Origin: Ramazzottius varieornatus
Taxonomy: Eukaryota; Animalia; Tardigrada
Length of the DNA stretch: 64,000 nt
Assembly: GCA_001949185.1 (NCBI GenBank)
Contig: BDGG01000003.1
Coordinates: 3,021,158-3,085,157, forward strand
Direction of reading: 5' to 3'
Shown here: positions 63,026-64,000 of the stretch, piece by piece
Position numbering within the stretch: position 1 is the stretch's first letter
How the letters are laid out: each line of letters opens with the position of its first letter
Made by a program: the position numbers and the translations under genes
The notes under the pieces: generated by a model
Databases searched by the model: none
The model's input: only the letters and a program-made list of their open reading frames with translations
What the model was told of the DNA's origin: nothing

Positions 63026-64000
63026 AGTGTACGTTAACGCACTCGGATCCTCCTGATCTTGGGACCGATGTATGCTGCTCAGCCTTTTACGACAGATCGA
63101 CTCACCTTGTGGATGTTCTTGGCTTTCTGTGTCGCGTCCGAGATTTGGACATCCTCCACGAGTTGTGCTAGCTGATGACGTCGTCGCTCTTGGCTCTTCT
63201 TTTAACTTCCGTTTCCATAAGCTTGCCCTTCTATTTTTGCCGGTCTTCAGCAAATTCCGTAGACCGTACCTGGAAACATCAATCACGATGCGAAACCGCA
63301 ATCTAAAAGTTTTCCATGGATTTTTATACTACTCGTATATGATCCTTGACTCCCTGTCAGCATCCACCGGCAGTCCGGCAGTTTCTTTGTTCATACAGTC
63401 CGGGTCCCAGTCCGATCTCGATTAAGTCCTGTGTTAAATCCAAAATGTTGATCCAAGACACGGAGGATGCAATGTCCAGGGAAGAGTCAAAAGACTCAGA
63501 GGACTTGCATCTCGCACCAAAAGATGACTCGACGTTGAAGACCGCTCGTCCGATAGATGAATAATGATCTTGGTTTGCTTACCGTTGATTGATGGTTATA
63601 AATGTAGACAAATGGCACGTGATATCACCAAATGTTACCTTGTGTTAATGTCTGACCGGAAATGACCAGGACCTACCTGCGTCCTGATCCACGAATCTGG
63701 AAGGGCCTAATTAAGTAAATCTTTCTGCTTACTACCCAAAGGACAAGTGATCCAAAAACCATATTGTACAGTCCTCGATCCATGAAGCGTTTTACGGGTT
63801 AAGATCGTTGCTTGGTCTTGCTTTAGCCCACGTTCAAGTCGAAGACCCTGGTTTGCCCAAGTTATTTTCGATCCGCGATCAAACTGCTTTTTTATAGCAC
63901 TACGAAAAGACTGCCACCAGCTCAGACTGATCAGCTTAGATATCTAGAGTAACTGAAACTCAAGCCGCGCTCGGACCAAAACAAAATTTACAAAACCATA

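Noticed and set aside
63020-64000. Possible - strand multi-exon gene at the window end
   Set aside because: Splice-like sites are present but there is no coherent frame or recognisable product.
1-64000. CRISPR arrays, rRNA/tRNA genes, bacterial horizontally transferred genes
   Set aside because: No regularly spaced repeats, RNA-gene signatures or intronless bacterial-type ORFs were seen by eye; tRNAscan and Infernal were not run.

Overview
Gene-dense animal genomic DNA with short GT-AG introns. The compact structure, the DNA-transposon MITEs and the divergent orphan GPCRs suggest a small-genome invertebrate such as a tardigrade; this is an inference, not verified. Supported genes, left to right: a tiny secreted single cadherin-like-domain protein, PRP40/PRPF40, BORCS8, an astacin metalloprotease, an intron-containing pogo/Fot-like transposase, an EF-hand + WD40 protein (WDR49/WDY-like), a cytosolic sulfotransferase, an ALK4/5/7 (Baboon-type) type I receptor, peroxiredoxin-5, a Ly6/three-finger protein with an acidic Ser-Gly N-terminus, an activin-subfamily ligand, RPAP3, a probably GPI-anchored LRR protein, two tandem orphan class A GPCRs, an ARL4-like GTPase and LYRM5/ETFRF1. 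At least six MITE-like families and one N gap are present. The best candidate for a new system is a physically linked activin module: type I receptor, putative glycosaminoglycan-bearing Ly6 protein and activin ligand within about 17 kb, with a GPI-LRR gene nearby. Other notable items are an intron-encoded mitochondrial-type presequence in PRDX5 and a splice-phase anomaly in the mature activin domain. Exon boundaries were derived by hand and need RNA-seq confirmation.
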